The position numbers were made by a program, and so were the translations under genes. A stretch of 62,791 nt of DNA, filler included, from Aduncisulcus paluster (Eukaryota): NCBI GenBank assembly GCA_024181965.1. It is 5 parts of 5 records of this genome, joined end to end, with 100 filler letters (N's around TTAATTAATTAA, not from the genome) between each part and the next. Parts side by side here need not be neighbours in the genome. Positions count along the whole stretch, not along the records: positions 36,065 to 56,457 come from BQXS01012565.1; 4 more parts are not named here. One strand, written 5' to 3'. The notes beneath the pieces are model-generated. The model had not been told where the DNA came from. It was given only the letters and a program-made list of their open reading frames with translations, and ran no database searches. Positions 36,707-49,480 of the stretch are shown in pieces (position 1 is the stretch's first letter; each line of letters opens with the position of its first letter).

Positions 36707-38014
36707 ATGTCCGCAAGATCTGTTCTTCAATGGGGTAAACTTCCCAAAATTCATCCTACTCTTGATGATGCTGCAAAGGCCATTGAAAGTGGTATGAGAG
36801 TTTGGATCCATGGAACCACCGCTACCCCTGCTCCTCTTTTGGATGCCATCGCTCGCCGTTCTGGTGAACTTAAGGATGTTGAATTCGCCGCTATTCACAC
36901 TGAAGGAAAGTGTTCTTACATTGAACCTGGTATGCAAGATTCTTTCCGTCACAATGCTCTTTTCATTGCTCACAATGTTCGTAAGGCTTGTAATGATGGT
37001 CGTGCTTTCTTTACTCCAATCATGCTCCATCAAATCCCTCACCTTATGAGATCTGGATCCTTCCCCGTTGATGCTACTGTTCTCTGTGTTTCTCCCCCTG
37101 ATGAGCATGGATTCGTTTCATTGGGAACCAACGTTGTGACTACCCGTCAGGCTATTATGTCCTCTAAGGTTGTTATTGCCATGGTATCTGAGGAGATGCC
37201 CCGTACTTTCGGAGATTCTCAGATCCATCTCTCTCAGATTGATCACCTTGTTTACCACGATATGCCCAACCATGAGCACTTCCCCAAATCCTCTTCCGAT
37301 GTCCAAAAGAAAATTGGTGACCATGTTGCTTCCCTCATTGAAGATGGTGCCTGTCTCCAGACTGGATTCGGAGGAATTGCTGACGGTGTCTTGAAGAATC
37401 TCCACAACCATCAACACCTTGGTGTCCACACTGAGATGGTCAGTGAAGGTGCCGTCGATCTCACAAAGAAGGGAATTGTGACCAACACCAAAAAGGCCAT
37501 CCTCCCCGGTAAAATGGTTGCTTCATTCGGTCTTGGGTCGAATAAGCTCTACAAATTCATGGACAACAACCCTCTTATTGACATGCGTGTTGTCGATTAC
37601 ACTAACGATCCCAGGAACATTGCCATGAACGATAAGGTTGTTGCCATCAATGGAGCCATCGAAGTTGACATGTTAGGTCAGGTCGTTGCCTCTCAGATTG
37701 GATCTTATATTTGGTCTGGAATTGGTGGTCAGCTTGATTTCATGACTGGTGCTGCTATGTCCAAGGGAGGAAAGCCGATCACTGCTCTTCCTTCCACCAC
37801 AAGCAAGGGTCTCCCCCGTATCGTGCCATTCATCAACAAGGGTGCTGCTGTTGACACTGGTCGTTACAATGCTCGTTATGTTGTTACCGAGTATGGTATT
37901 GCTGACCTTTGGGGAAAGACTGGAAGACAAAGGGCTGAGAGTCTTATTAAGGTTTGTCACCCAGACCACCGTGATAAGTTGAGGTACGAAGCCAAAAAGG
38001 TTAATATTTTATAG
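36707..38014 (+). CDS. Acetyl-CoA hydrolase / 4-hydroxybutyrate CoA-transferase family; likely acetate:succinate CoA-transferase subfamily 1B
   Basis: VSPPDEHGFVSLG, LQTGFGGI, GVHTEM (catalytic Glu), SGIGGQLDF, YVVTEYGIADL.GK; strong codon bias. Confidence 0.92.
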   Translation: MSARSVLQWGKLPKIHPTLDDAAKAIESGMRVWIHGTTATPAPLLDAIARRSGELKDVEFAAIHTEGKCSYIEPGMQDSFRHNALFIAHNVRKACNDGRAFFTPIMLHQIPHLMRSGSFPVDATVLCVSPPDEHGFVSLGTNVVTTRQAIMSSKVVIAMVSEEMPRTFGDSQIHLSQIDHLVYHDMPNHEHFPKSSSDVQKKIGDHVASLIEDGACLQTGFGGIADGVLKNLHNHQHLGVHTEMVSEGAVDLTKKGIVTNTKKAILPGKMVASFGLGSNKLYKFMDNNPLIDMRVVDYTNDPRNIAMNDKVVAINGAIEVDMLGQVVASQIGSYIWSGIGGQLDFMTGAAMSKGGKPITALPSTTSKGLPRIVPFINKGAAVDTGRYNARYVVTEYGIADLWGKTGRQRAESLIKVCHPDHRDKLRYEAKKVNIL

Positions 38015-39041
38015 ACATTAGTGTTTACTTTATTTTTTCAATCTGTAAGCTCTATTCAGAAATTTCAAATATTATGTGTCGTGTTTTATATACTATTCTA
38101 ATATATTCTCAATAAATTGTTAATATAATGCCCTGTTACTTGTGTCTAACTGGCTTTACAAGAAAATTCCCGTAACTCCTAAGAAACGCAAAAAAAAAAC
38201 CAAGATAAAAAACTAAATTCAATAAATGATTCATTTTTTATTATAATTTNNNNNNNNNNNNNNNNNNNNGACTGGAAGACAAAGGGCTGAGAGTCTTATT
38301 AAGGTTTGTCACCCAGACCACCGTGATAAGTTGAGGTACGAAGCCAAAAAGGTTAATATTTTATAGACATTAGTGTTTACTTTATTTTTTCAATCTTTAA
38401 GCTCTATTCAGAAATTTCAAATATTATGTGTCGTGTTTTATATACTATTCTAATATATTCTCAATAAATTGTTAATATAATGCCCTGTTACTTGTGTCTA
38501 ACTGGCTTTACAAGAAAATTCCCGTAACTCCTAAGAAACGCAAAAAAAAAAACCAAGATAAAAAACTAAATTCAATAAATGATTCATTTTTTATTATAAT
38601 TTCACTTCGATTTGTGCTGAATATATAAAGTATCGAGATGTTACTTTTGGCGGAAAATGCTTGGTGCACAATCATGAAGGATGGAAAGCGCCGATCATCA
38701 AAAAGTGGTGAATTCATACCTTTAACTCATTTTTTTAAACGAAAAAAACGATCGATTACGAAAAAAAGAGGCAAATACAAAGATAGAGAGCCTCCTCCGA
38801 TCGTAACTCGACATAACCCGACTGAACAATTTAGAAAAACTCTTAAAGAAGGAACATTATTTAAAAAATGCGTCAAACATGATTTAGATGGCTTTTATTA
38901 TAGTTTATATATGATATTTGCCCGTAAAGCATATATCTCTTTAGCTGAGCAAAAACACATCAGTTTTTCCATTAAATATTTTCAAGCATATAAAAAAATT
39001 AAAGATACACAATTATTTCCAATCGTGGCTGGATCTCGTGG

Positions 39042-40317
39042 AATGTCATGTGTCACACTCTTCAATTCCACCAAACCTACAAAACACCCCGCAGAAACAC
39101 CAAATGCTTTTATAACATCTTTAGATTATTATTTACCTCCTCGTCGTTCATCATGTTCTTTTACAGTTGTTTTTGATATGGATCACACTTTATTATGCGC
39201 CTCAAGACGGATGATTGAGGATTTCGATTCCGTGATTGTAACCCCAGAANNNNNNNNNNNNNNNNNNNNAATCGTGGCTGGATCTCGTGGAATGTCATGT
39301 GTCACACTCTTCAATTCCACCAAACCTACAAAACACCCCGCAGAAACACCAAATGCTTTTATAACATCTTTAGATTATTATTTACCTCCTCGTCGTTCAT
39401 CATGTTCTTTTACAGTTGTTTTTGATATGGATCACACTTTATTATGCGCCTCAAGACGGATGATTGAGGATTTCGATTCCGTGATTGTAACCCCAGAAAA
39501 CGAAAATGCGTGCAAATATTATGTGAAACTACGGCCGTACGTACATATGTTACTTCGCAATATCCATAAACGAGGCGGTGAAATCATTGTATTTACAGCT
39601 GCAGTTAAAGATTATGCTGATAAATGCCTTGACATTCTGGGCGAAACAGCCTCCCTTATTTCACATATACTATACCGAGATCATTGTGTATTCATCTCAA
39701 GTGACGATTTAATATCCCAAATTGAACATGAATATGAATGTGTTTTTGATGAAGAGGACGACGAGGAAGAATATGAATTCAAGGAACATCACGATGTAGA
39801 TCCCCTTGATGTGGAGCACGATGATGAATCTAAATGTTTAGAAAACGCTGAAAACGGTTGTAGGGATCCTTTGCAGTATGTGTCATCCGGAAAACAACTT
39901 CATGCTCTTTCTGGAGCAAAAGATTCGCCAGTTCACCATCTTTTCTTCAAAGAATTGATGGGGTTTCAGCCTTGCTTCATTAAAGATTTATCCAGACTCG
40001 GGAGGGACTTGCGAACCACTTTTTTGATCGATGATAATCCTATTTCATACGCTCTTCAACCTCTCCATGGAATTCCCATTCCAGGATTTAGAGGGGATGA
40101 TCGAGATCGTGAGCTTAAGTTTTGCGAATTAGCCATTCATGCCGCCATCGAAGATGGTGGTAAAAGTGGGATAAGTGGAATATCAGCTTCGTTTGATGGC
40201 GCAATAGATCATATTGAACGATTTAGAAAACCTATATATCCGAAAGGTATGTTATTTCAAGGTAAAGGTTCTGCAGTTCCCATTGGTGAAGAAGTCCTTC
40301 TTGACACAGAATTATGA
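39042..40317 (+). CDS. NIF/SCP-type CTD small phosphatase (HAD family); 5' part duplicated across an assembly gap
   Basis: VFDMDHTL, KLRPY, VFTA..DYA, YRDHC, IKDLSRLGRDL, IDDNP.SY..QP..GIPI; start codon uncertain. Confidence 0.9.
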
Positions 40318-40572
40318 GCAATAAATTTGACTAATTCTATATTTAATCCTTTTCTGCCTTTAATTTTCGGTGGGGATGGAAAATCCAAAAGACAGCAAAT
40401 CAGTTTCGCGATTTTATAGAAAGAAGAAGTAAGGAGCATTATTTCAAATGAATAATTTTATTATGAGTATATTACTCTTCAAATATTGCAAGGATTTGAG
40501 CTCCAATGGATCTTTTCTCGAAGTAAAAAAACAAAAAAATGTAAGGGCCAGTTTGTAACAACATATCCTCTC

Positions 40573-41904
40573 ATGATCGAAGGTTTCCTTATATTGGACC
40601 ATAAAGGAAGTATTTTACTCTCTCGTTCATTTCGTGCACTTGTTACCAAGACTGCTGGTGAATCTTTCAAGATCCAATTAATAAGTGGGAAAATCCAACA
40701 TAATCCGATAATTCAAATTGGAGGTTTATCTTTTTGTCACACAAGGGTCGATGATATTTATTTTGTAACCGTTTGTGATAGTAATTTCGATGCTGCCATC
40801 GTTTTCTCTGCTATGCATGCTTTTAAGGCCACTTTATTGGCCTATTTAGAAACCCCTAAACTTACTGTTGCTCATATACAACGCCATCAAATCTTGATTC
40901 AAGAATTACTTGATGAATCCATCGATTTTGGATTCCCACAACTTACCCAACCTGAAGAGTTAAAACTTCTCATTACACAAAAGGGATTCAAGCGTGAAAT
41001 GACCAAACAAGAACAAATGCAAATTACAATTCAGGCCACTGGAGCCATTGCCCATCGTCGTCCTGGTATTTCTTATGCTTCAAACGACATATACGTTGCT
41101 GTCGTTGAAAAAGTTAATTTATTGCTCAGTTCATCTGGTACTGTTCTTCGAAGTGATGTTATTGGAGATGTTAAAGTTAAATGTCAACTGTCTGGAATGC
41201 CAGAGTGTAAATTTGCTCTTACAGATCGTGTCTTGGATAAAAAGGCCGGGGAAGGTAAAAAAGATGTTAAACCTGGTAAAATTGCTTTGGATGATGTTCA
41301 ATTCCACCAATGTGTCAAATTGTCCGAATTTGAAGAATCTCGATCCATTTCTTTCACGCCACCCGATGGTGTTTTTGATTTGATGCATTACCGAACTTCC
41401 CTCGGGATATCTCTTCCATTTATGGTCATTCCTATCATATCAGTGAAATCAAAAAACAAAATTGAGGTTAAATTGACTGTACGCTCCTTGTTCCCTGCTT
41501 TGACTTCTGGTGAGAATGTTGTTATTAATATCCCTGTTCCAAAATCGTCAACGGATATCTTTTGCGATAGTACTGCTGGGCGTGCTCGTCATGAACCTGG
41601 AAAGAATGTGGTGTGCTGGAGGATCCGTCAATTCCCCGGTCATAATGCCTTCTCACTCCGTATTTCAATCACAATGATGCCTTCTGCCCGTTCTATTGGT
41701 TCTCCAGCTCCAGGAGAGGATACTTCCGATACCATTGGAGGTTTCACCAGTCGTCCTCCTATCACAATGACATTCAGAGTGCCCTATTATACAAGCACAG
41801 GAATGAAGGTAAGATATCTCGAAATATATGAGAGAAGTGACTATCAAACAAATAAGTTTGTTAAATATGAAACTGTTGCTGGTAGTTATCAAATTAGATT
41901 TTAA
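40573..41904 (+). CDS. AP2M1: Adaptor complex medium (mu) subunit, AP-2-like
   Basis: MI.G..I..HKG..L.SR.FR, ELLDE.IDFG.PQ, ITIQATGA, LSGMPECKF, FHQCV, SF.PPDG.F.LM.Y, C-terminal GSYQIRF. Confidence 0.9.
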   Translation: MIEGFLILDHKGSILLSRSFRALVTKTAGESFKIQLISGKIQHNPIIQIGGLSFCHTRVDDIYFVTVCDSNFDAAIVFSAMHAFKATLLAYLETPKLTVAHIQRHQILIQELLDESIDFGFPQLTQPEELKLLITQKGFKREMTKQEQMQITIQATGAIAHRRPGISYASNDIYVAVVEKVNLLLSSSGTVLRSDVIGDVKVKCQLSGMPECKFALTDRVLDKKAGEGKKDVKPGKIALDDVQFHQCVKLSEFEESRSISFTPPDGVFDLMHYRTSLGISLPFMVIPIISVKSKNKIEVKLTVRSLFPALTSGENVVINIPVPKSSTDIFCDSTAGRARHEPGKNVVCWRIRQFPGHNAFSLRISITMMPSARSIGSPAPGEDTSDTIGGFTSRPPITMTFRVPYYTSTGMKVRYLEIYERSDYQTNKFVKYETVAGSYQIRF

Positions 41905-42202
41905 CGAACCCCTAATAAAAGTTCAACTGATTAATTTATATTGTTTATGATATTTTTTGTCTTTTGGATATCATATTTGTTCTATTCTTCAATAAACTAA
42001 CCGTATAGAGAAAGGAAAATTGAGTTTCTTCAAAAACCAAGAATATTGGAGGGAAAAAAAGTAGAATAATTATTCTATTAATTGGACATTTTATTTCAGT
42101 TGATAAAAATTAATTTGAATGCGTTTTTGGAGTGCGGAAAAAAAAGCAAAAAACAAACTCACGTTTCTTGATTATAAAATTATATAACAGGCTCGAAAAG
42201 TG

Positions 42203-43775
42203 ATGCGGTATGTTTTTTAAATTTACTTTTTGCTGTGCGCTTCAATTTGATTTGTTCTTACACTCTATGCCGATTCAGTCTTTCTTCTCAAGATCTTTAT
42301 GGCGCTCTTAATTCCGCTTGGGATCAGTGTATTTCATTAAACCAACATGATATTGCTCTTCAAAGGGAATTTGAAGCATCTAAAAAGATTCATTCTCTCC
42401 TTCATCGAAAAGGTGAAAAAAGAATCCGTTCTGGATGGCCATTCGTTTCTCAAACAAAAAATAATTGCACAAATTATTTTAGAAATGGTTTTATTTCATT
42501 ATCTGCGGCTTCNNNNNNNNNNNNNNNNNNNNACATGATATTGCTCTTCAAAGGGAATTTGAAGCATCTAAAAAGATTCATTCTCTCCTTCATCGAAAAG
42601 GTGAAAAAAGAATCCGTTCTGGATGGCCATTCGTTTCTCAAACAAAAAATAATTGCACAAATTATTTTAGAAATGGTTTTATTTCATTATCTGCGGCTTC
42701 ATTTTTCTCATTTGATGAGGATAACAGCCCTTCAGTTTTAAAATTCCATTCTAAAGCTGTTAAACAGTTAGAAACCGATTTGGCAGCCGAAATTGCTGAA
42801 AAAAGGCTTGAACGGGAGCAAAAGAGAAAAGAAAAGGAAGAAAAAATGCGTTTAAAAGCTATCCAAGCTCAAAAGCGTCGAGATGAGGAAATCGAGTTTA
42901 ACAGAGTTCAAAAATTACGTGAAGAGGCTGAAATGCAAAGAAAAGCCCGCAAAGAAAAGACTTATTCCTCTGTAAACTTGATTTCAAATGTAAAATCTAC
43001 TATTGTGGTTGATTCTTCGCATCAAAATTCTTCTTCAATATCTCAGTCGCATTCTCAACCTTTAACTGCTATTCCTGCCGATACAGCACGTCTTGAACCT
43101 CGTCAATCAGTGCAAAACAAGGTAGAGCCAGATAGCAGTTTTTTTGCTATCCAATATTCACCTCAACAGTCTTTATCTTCATTCCAAAAGAAGTGGATGA
43201 ATTTCTCGCCTGAACCTTCTCAGCAGTCCCAATTAAAGGCCGCCTTGGTGTCCAAAGCATCTTCTTTCCCCTATGGTCTTCCTCCTCTTCCACACAAGTC
43301 ATATTCAATGCCTCTAATCGGTAAAAGAAGGCAATCCTCTTCATCCCCAGAGCTTGAAGGCCACACAATCCTTCCCCATGCATCTAAACGTCGTTGTATG
43401 ACAACATCTTCCGGGAGACCTCTGAGAACATCTGTGGGGGGTGCTCTTTTCTCCTCAGGAATATTCTCTGGACTGAGAGATGCACTTAGTAGTGTGTATG
43501 ACTCTGTTTATGTGTTGAGTGATGAAGAAAAAGCGAGGATTTCAAGACCTGTTGTTCCTGACTTGAAAAGAAAAGAAGAGGTTATTTGTATCTCCCCACG
43601 TGATAATATTTCCGGAGAAAAGAAGCCAAAACAATCATTCGATAAGATATCATCGATGGATTCAACGAAGATCACAATGAAGAAACCAGAGGTTGAAACA
43701 ATTCAGATACAAACCAAATTTGGAGGGAAATCTCTTGTTGGGTTGGAAAAAATCGATATCTCCCTCGAGATATAG
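42203..43775 (+). CDS. Hypothetical protein (coiled coil plus Ser-rich), one intron
   Basis: ATGCG|GTATGT...TTCAG intron 42208-42278 restores the frame; ORF is continuous once the gap duplication is collapsed. Confidence 0.6.
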
Positions 43776-44004
43776 TTTAAAAATCAAAATAAACAGGACT
43801 ATTGCGGATTTTGTTTAAGTCAATTCTAAAAATAGAAATTCTAAAAATAGATTTCCAAAGTTCGTTTTACTTCTTTTTTGATAAAAAAACGTTCATTCAA
43901 CTATTTTGAGATGTGGATTCAGCGTATACGCACAAGAAATGCAGAAAACGAAGAAAACAAATATACAAATATACAAATTGGGGAGTTTTTGAGCAGATTC
44001 CACA

Positions 44005-44400
44005 TCATTGACTCTGATCCCAACCTTCCTCATGCTCAACACCGGCAAGACCAGGTTCTCCTTCAATGGTTCCAACAGAGCCATCATACTTCATATGTTG
44101 TTCATGAATAATGGAATCAATGCTTGGACATTCATAGCCTTCTCCAATCTTGGGCAAGAAACGTTTGATGCATTGGACTTTGACACGGGCTTTGTGGACA
44201 CTCATGCGTTTGTCAGCATCCAGAAGAGTGAGACCTGTGAACACATCATTCAACACTGTATGAACAGGTTCGTACTTTCCATCATCAATGGTCAAAAGGG
44301 TTTTGAAGAGGGGAGATTCTGAGATTGTTGAACATAAAGAATTTTTCAAAAGAATTGCAAGTTCCTTGACGAATTCTGCAGGACTTCCAGCTTATTGTAG
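44005..44400 (-). pseudogene. C-terminal fragment of a lineage-expanded protein kinase family
   Basis: FTGLTLLDADKRMSVHKA (subdomain XI-like) followed by VQCIKRFLPKIGEGYECP; recognised from memory, not searched. Confidence 0.5.
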
Positions 44401-44480
44401 GGCTTTATGTTTAAAATTCTAAACATAGAAAGTATAATAATCTATATTGTTTTTTTTTTATGTCTTTGATATAAATTACT

Positions 44481-45605
44481 TTAAGAATTTCCGTAATATC
44501 TTCTCTTTTGACCTCCTCTCCAGCCTCCTCCTCCACGTCGAGGCATGGAGTGGTGTGCTTTGAATTTCTTGATCCTTTCTTTCTCTTCCCACTCTGCAAA
44601 TTCATCAAGAGTCATGAAATCTGCCTCACGGGGAAGCGTTGGAAGGAATCCATCTTTCACAAGATCAACAGAGAGTTTTTCTACAATTTCTTCGGACCTC
44701 TCATAGACAGGTTTTGCTCGATCATACCATACCTTGAAATCGGGCCAAAGCTTGTTCTCATCAAATGAGCCTTTGGGAGCCCAGGGCTTATCTGTCACAT
44801 AGTGTAGGATACGAGCAGGTCCATCTTCAGTTCCGAGGACTTTGCCAGCAAGCCAGCCTTGGATATTGAAACCCCATGGTAATGCAGTCCACTCGAGAGC
44901 ATATAGTAAACTGATGACAACTTCATCGGGGCCGGCATTGTACCGTCTGATACCGTCAAGATAGCGGTGAGATGAGGAGGATGTGGTTGGTGTGGCAGCT
45001 AGCTTAGGATCAAACAGAGCAGCTCCATGGGTATCAAGACAGTTTAACAATCGTTTAAAATCGGATTTTGATGGTTTCAATAACATACAAGCGGCAGAAA
45101 CACCATATCTATGCTGAATAGAATGAAGAACACCAAGGGGAGGAGCAAAGCCGGGTGGACACGCACCTTTATCACCGGTAACAACTCCTGCTGGAACTCT
45201 GTATGTGAATACTTCATCTGTTGGAGCAATTGCAACCATATCAGAATCGAGGAAACATATTTTTTCATACTGTTCCAATTCAAGGGCTCTAAACTTTGTA
45301 AAGCATCTTGGAAGCCACGATGAATACAAATGCTCAAATCTTTTCCATCCAGTTTTGACAACATCACCAACAACAGGGTCGACAAGAACAACATCATCAA
45401 AAAACTGTTCCATTACAGATATCCATTGTTTTGGAATAGTTTTTTCAGCTATAACAACAATATTGGCTTTGGTGCCATGAAATCTCAATGATTCAGCCAA
45501 CACAATTGCTCCTCCAACATATACTGGATTTCCATCAAGGACAAGAAGAATATAGGCACACTTTGTCACATCGCAATCATAATCTCGATATGAAGGCTTT
45601 TCCAT
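44481..45605 (-). CDS. Glycogenin-like GT8 glycosyltransferase
   Basis: YV.GA.VLA.SL, FTK..A..L..Y.KI.FLDSD (DxD), LHYVTDKPW. Confidence 0.9.
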   Translation of the reverse strand: MEKPSYRDYDCDVTKCAYILLVLDGNPVYVGGAIVLAESLRFHGTKANIVVIAEKTIPKQWISVMEQFFDDVVLVDPVVGDVVKTGWKRFEHLYSSWLPRCFTKFRALELEQYEKICFLDSDMVAIAPTDEVFTYRVPAGVVTGDKGACPPGFAPPLGVLHSIQHRYGVSAACMLLKPSKSDFKRLLNCLDTHGAALFDPKLAATPTTSSSSHRYLDGIRRYNAGPDEVVISLLYALEWTALPWGFNIQGWLAGKVLGTEDGPARILHYVTDKPWAPKGSFDENKLWPDFKVWYDRAKPVYERSEEIVEKLSVDLVKDGFLPTLPREADFMTLDEFAEWEEKERIKKFKAHHSMPRRGGGGWRGGQKRRYYGNS

Positions 45606-46267
45606 TATAATTAAGTTTTCAAATGTTTTTGGAGTGGTCAAATCAAGGTTTTTTGTAATGGATGAATTTTTTTTGCGACTATGTCGCACTGCGACTTTTT
45701 CAATATTCTAAAAACGTTAAAATTAATATCCTATGATACCCTTATTCATTTATTATTTTTATCTGCTTGCTTAATAGAGCCATGGAGATGAAAATGAAAA
45801 AAGCATCTGAGTTTTCTGGAATTTTTAAAAAATAAGTATAATAATTATACACAATTAAACATACGCTGTATTTTTTATTTATTTTTACATCCCTTATTCA
45901 TTCGCTTCTGGTGACAGAATTTTGTGCTTTTCCATTATAATTAAGTTTTCAAATGTTTTTGGAGTGGTCAAATCAAGGTTTTTTGTAATGGATGAATTTT
46001 TTTTGCGACTATGTCGCACTGCGACTTTTTCAATATTCTAAAAACGTTAAAATTAATATCCTATGATACCCTTATTCATTTATTATTTTTATCTGCTTGC
46101 TTAATAGAGCCATGGAGATGAAAATGAAAAAAGCATCTGAGTTTTCTGGAATTTTTAAAAAATAAGTATAATAATTATACACAATTAAACATACGCTGTA
46201 TTTTTTATTTATTTTTACATCCCTTATTCATTCGCTTCTGGTGACAGAATTTTGTGCTTTTCCATTA
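45596..46267. repeat. Exact 330-bp tandem duplication bounded by 12-bp microhomology
   Basis: GCTTTTCCATTA at 45596, 45926 and 46256; no N gap. Confidence 0.9.
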
Positions 46268-47011
46268 GTACTACTAATTCAAATAGTATTTGAATAATGT
46301 TTATGGAATCAATTTGATGTTTGAAATAAGTCTCATGTGGACCGTTTGGATTTGCAGTGAGAAGCGGAATCATTCTATTGATGATCTATATAGCGATATT
46401 GTAAAAGATTATTGTTATTTTGTTGATGAAATACTTGGTAACGTATTATAATTTTATTTAAACTGTTTTATGATTTTGATATGATAGAGTCTAAAAGTTC
46501 ACAGTTGGTCATGCCAACTATTTTTGTCATCTCATCGAGATCTTTTTCCTTTTTTTGCCCTCCATGTGATCTTCTTCTTCTTTGTGGAGGGTCGGGTGGG
46601 AGTTATTTCAGGTAAACTAAGAAAAAGCCCCTGCTCTTGTTCCAAAATGGATTTCCATTCTGATTATGGAGACCTGATCCTAGTGGATGTTTCTCCCCTA
46701 CCTGACGTTTCTAAAAAACGCATTTTTCAGGCGGGAGGTTCTATTGGGAGGCTCTTCGTGCCATGTTCTTGACCCGGTCAAGGGTACTTTTTTTTACTAC
46801 TTTTACTCACCGCGTGTTTTCACGATGGTGCAATTTGAACAATCTTTTTGCATGTTGTCGCTTTGCGACGCATCGCAAATTGAATTTGTTCTTTTTGTAA
46901 TACGTCATTGTCCGCTGAAGTTTTGCTAATATAATGCATAATAATGAAGTAAAGCTCTTTTTCTTAATAATATCGATGATATCAAATTGATTTCACCTAC
47001 CAAAAATAAAA

Positions 47012-48190
47012 ATGATCGATTTGGCCGCATTGATGACGTTGACTGGTGATAAGAGGGAAGAAATCGACGGAAAATTTGAAGAAATTCTTGTTACTCTCCG
47101 TAAATCGTACGTAATATTTGATTTTCGTATATCTATTCATGTTTTTCTCATCTTCAGATATTAGTGCTTATGTAATTATTATTCTACAATTTTTCAATGT
47201 TATATATAAGGAATCTTTCTCCAATTCGGGCGATTGAAATCATAATTATCTTTTTTACTGATACAATTGATATTTGTTCTCGTGCCACCGTCGGAGAGCT
47301 TATGGACCTTATTCGCAATTTTATTCATCGTATTATTGTAGCTTGTCCAACTTTATATGTTGTTTTCAACATTGGACATTTATTCTTCGATTATATTACC
47401 TCTGTCGTTGAATATGATTGTTCTCTCTCCCCCAATGCTCCTAGATTCAAAGCTTTTCTCAAAAAACAGAGATCTACCATTAGAACTGAGATGGAAAGCA
47501 TCCCCATAGAAGCCATTTCAATGTTAAATACCACTCATGATACCATTCTTACCATTGGGTATAGTTCCCTCGTGAAGAGAATGTTACTCAAAACCAAGGA
47601 TGATAAAACAAGAACAATTGATGTTATCATTGCTGAACGTGCACCATTGTATGTATAAATATTCCATATTTTCCCCTCCATTTTTGTTTGTTTATTTTAT
47701 TTTTTGTTTTATTTGTTCCTTTGTTTACTTTCAATATAGTTACGACGGTAGACGTATGGCTAGTGAGCTTTCAGCATCAGGAGTATCGGTCACTCTCATT
47801 CCTGATTGTTGTATTGCCAATGTGATCAAACGTGTCACCAAGATCTTCTTGGAACCCGTGTGTGTATTGATGGATGGTTCTATCTTGACATACGCAGGGG
47901 CAGACCTTGTGGCTACCATTGGACACACGTATAAAATTCCTATCATAGTTCTCTCACCCCATATTTTATTCACAAACTCTCCCTCGATCAAAGTATCACA
48001 TCTTACTGCTCCCCCTTCCTTCGTGACAATTAAGAGGGATGAATCTCTTGAAAAGTTAACAAGAGACTCATATGTGGACGTATTAGTCCCTAAATATACC
48101 ATAATTAAACATAAGTTCATATCCACCATTGTTGTGGGTGGATATGGGAAATTATCACCCTCTCAAGTTTTCATTGTTACTCCAAAATAA
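47012..48190 (+). CDS. eIF2B regulatory subunit, beta-like; two introns
   Basis: Introns 47107-47210 and 47649-47739 (GT-AG) restore the frame; ILTIGYSSLV, VIIAERAPFYDG..MA..L, TLIPD...VIKRV.K. Confidence 0.85.
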
Positions 48191-48472
48191 CGTGAAACTT
48201 GAGTTATATATTCCTTCAAAAAGAATAAAAACATTTTTATTCTATTATTGACTTGGTTTCTGATGATGGGAATCTTGACATTGTTTTCTGTCTGAAAATG
48301 AAAATATCGAGCAGTAAAAAGATTTATATCATATTTTATTCGGTGTCATTATTTCTTTTTTTTCTGTTGATTCTTTTTTCACATTTCTGGGATGATTTCT
48401 TCAACACACAAGGAAAGATTTTTTCTTTTATCGCTTTTTCTTTCGATAACATAAATATAAAACCTCAGAAAT

Positions 48473-49480
48473 ATGATCATATTATATATTGCCCTTGCTA
48501 TTGTGGGATTTTTGATCTTATTTTCAATTTTCTTGTGTTGTTCTGCAAAAGTGGTTCACCAAGGTACAGTTCTTATTGTTCAACGTTTTGGAAAATATAA
48601 TAGAACAGCAAAGCCTGGTCTTCATTGGCTTATTCCTTTTGTTGAAAAACCCCGTCATATTTCCTGGAGATACCTTGTCGTGGCAAGTGGATACCGTGGT
48701 CCCGAAACAAAAATTGTCTCTATTGAAGCTGATTACGTCGATCTTCGTGAAGTTATTGTTGATTTTAGACCCCAAAGAGTTATCACAAAGGATAATGTTA
48801 TGATAACTATCGATGCTCTCCTCATGTATCAGATTAAAGACCCTAGACGTGCCGTGTTTAAGATCCAAAATCTCCCAGATTCACTTGAATTGCTAACGCA
48901 GAGTAATTTACGTGATATTGTCGCATTAATCCCGCTGGATGATACTTTCTCATCTCGTGAGCAAATCAACGCTATGCTTATGAGTAGATTGTCTGAAACA
49001 TGTGAAAGATGGGGTGTTGAAATTAGTAGAGTTGAAATACAGAATATTTTCCCTCCTCCTGATGTGAAACAGGCTATGCAGGAGCAGATTAAGGAAGAGA
49101 GAGATAGACGTAGTACCGTTCTTAAAGCAGACGGAGAGAGGCAATCGTTGGTGATTCGGAGTAGAGGTCAAGCTGTTAAAGTTGTCCTCGATGCTGAAGC
49201 CTTCAAGAGAGTTGAGATTTTGAAAGCTGAAGGAAAGGCCGAAGCAAGAGCTTTCGTTGCTGATGCTGAGGCAAAGAGTATTGAAATTTTGCGTGATGTT
49301 TTGGCTAAACATTCTACAGTCAAGGCTACTGAATACCTTGTTGCTCTGCAATATCTACAAGCTCTCACGTACTTGGGAGTGACCGCTAAAGATAAGATAG
49401 CGGTTAAAATGGTGCCTAAAGCTATTGTTGATGTTGTTAAGACTATTAATAAGGCTACCGGTCTTCATCCAGCCACGTAA
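48473..49480 (+). CDS. SPFH/Band-7 (stomatin-like) protein
   Basis: N-terminal TM segment, RFGKY, PGLHWLIPF, VITKDNV, WGVE..RVEI, MQEQ..ER.RR. Confidence 0.92.
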   Translation: MIILYIALAIVGFLILFSIFLCCSAKVVHQGTVLIVQRFGKYNRTAKPGLHWLIPFVEKPRHISWRYLVVASGYRGPETKIVSIEADYVDLREVIVDFRPQRVITKDNVMITIDALLMYQIKDPRRAVFKIQNLPDSLELLTQSNLRDIVALIPLDDTFSSREQINAMLMSRLSETCERWGVEISRVEIQNIFPPPDVKQAMQEQIKEERDRRSTVLKADGERQSLVIRSRGQAVKVVLDAEAFKRVEILKAEGKAEARAFVADAEAKSIEILRDVLAKHSTVKATEYLVALQYLQALTYLGVTAKDKIAVKMVPKAIVDVVKTINKATGLHPAT

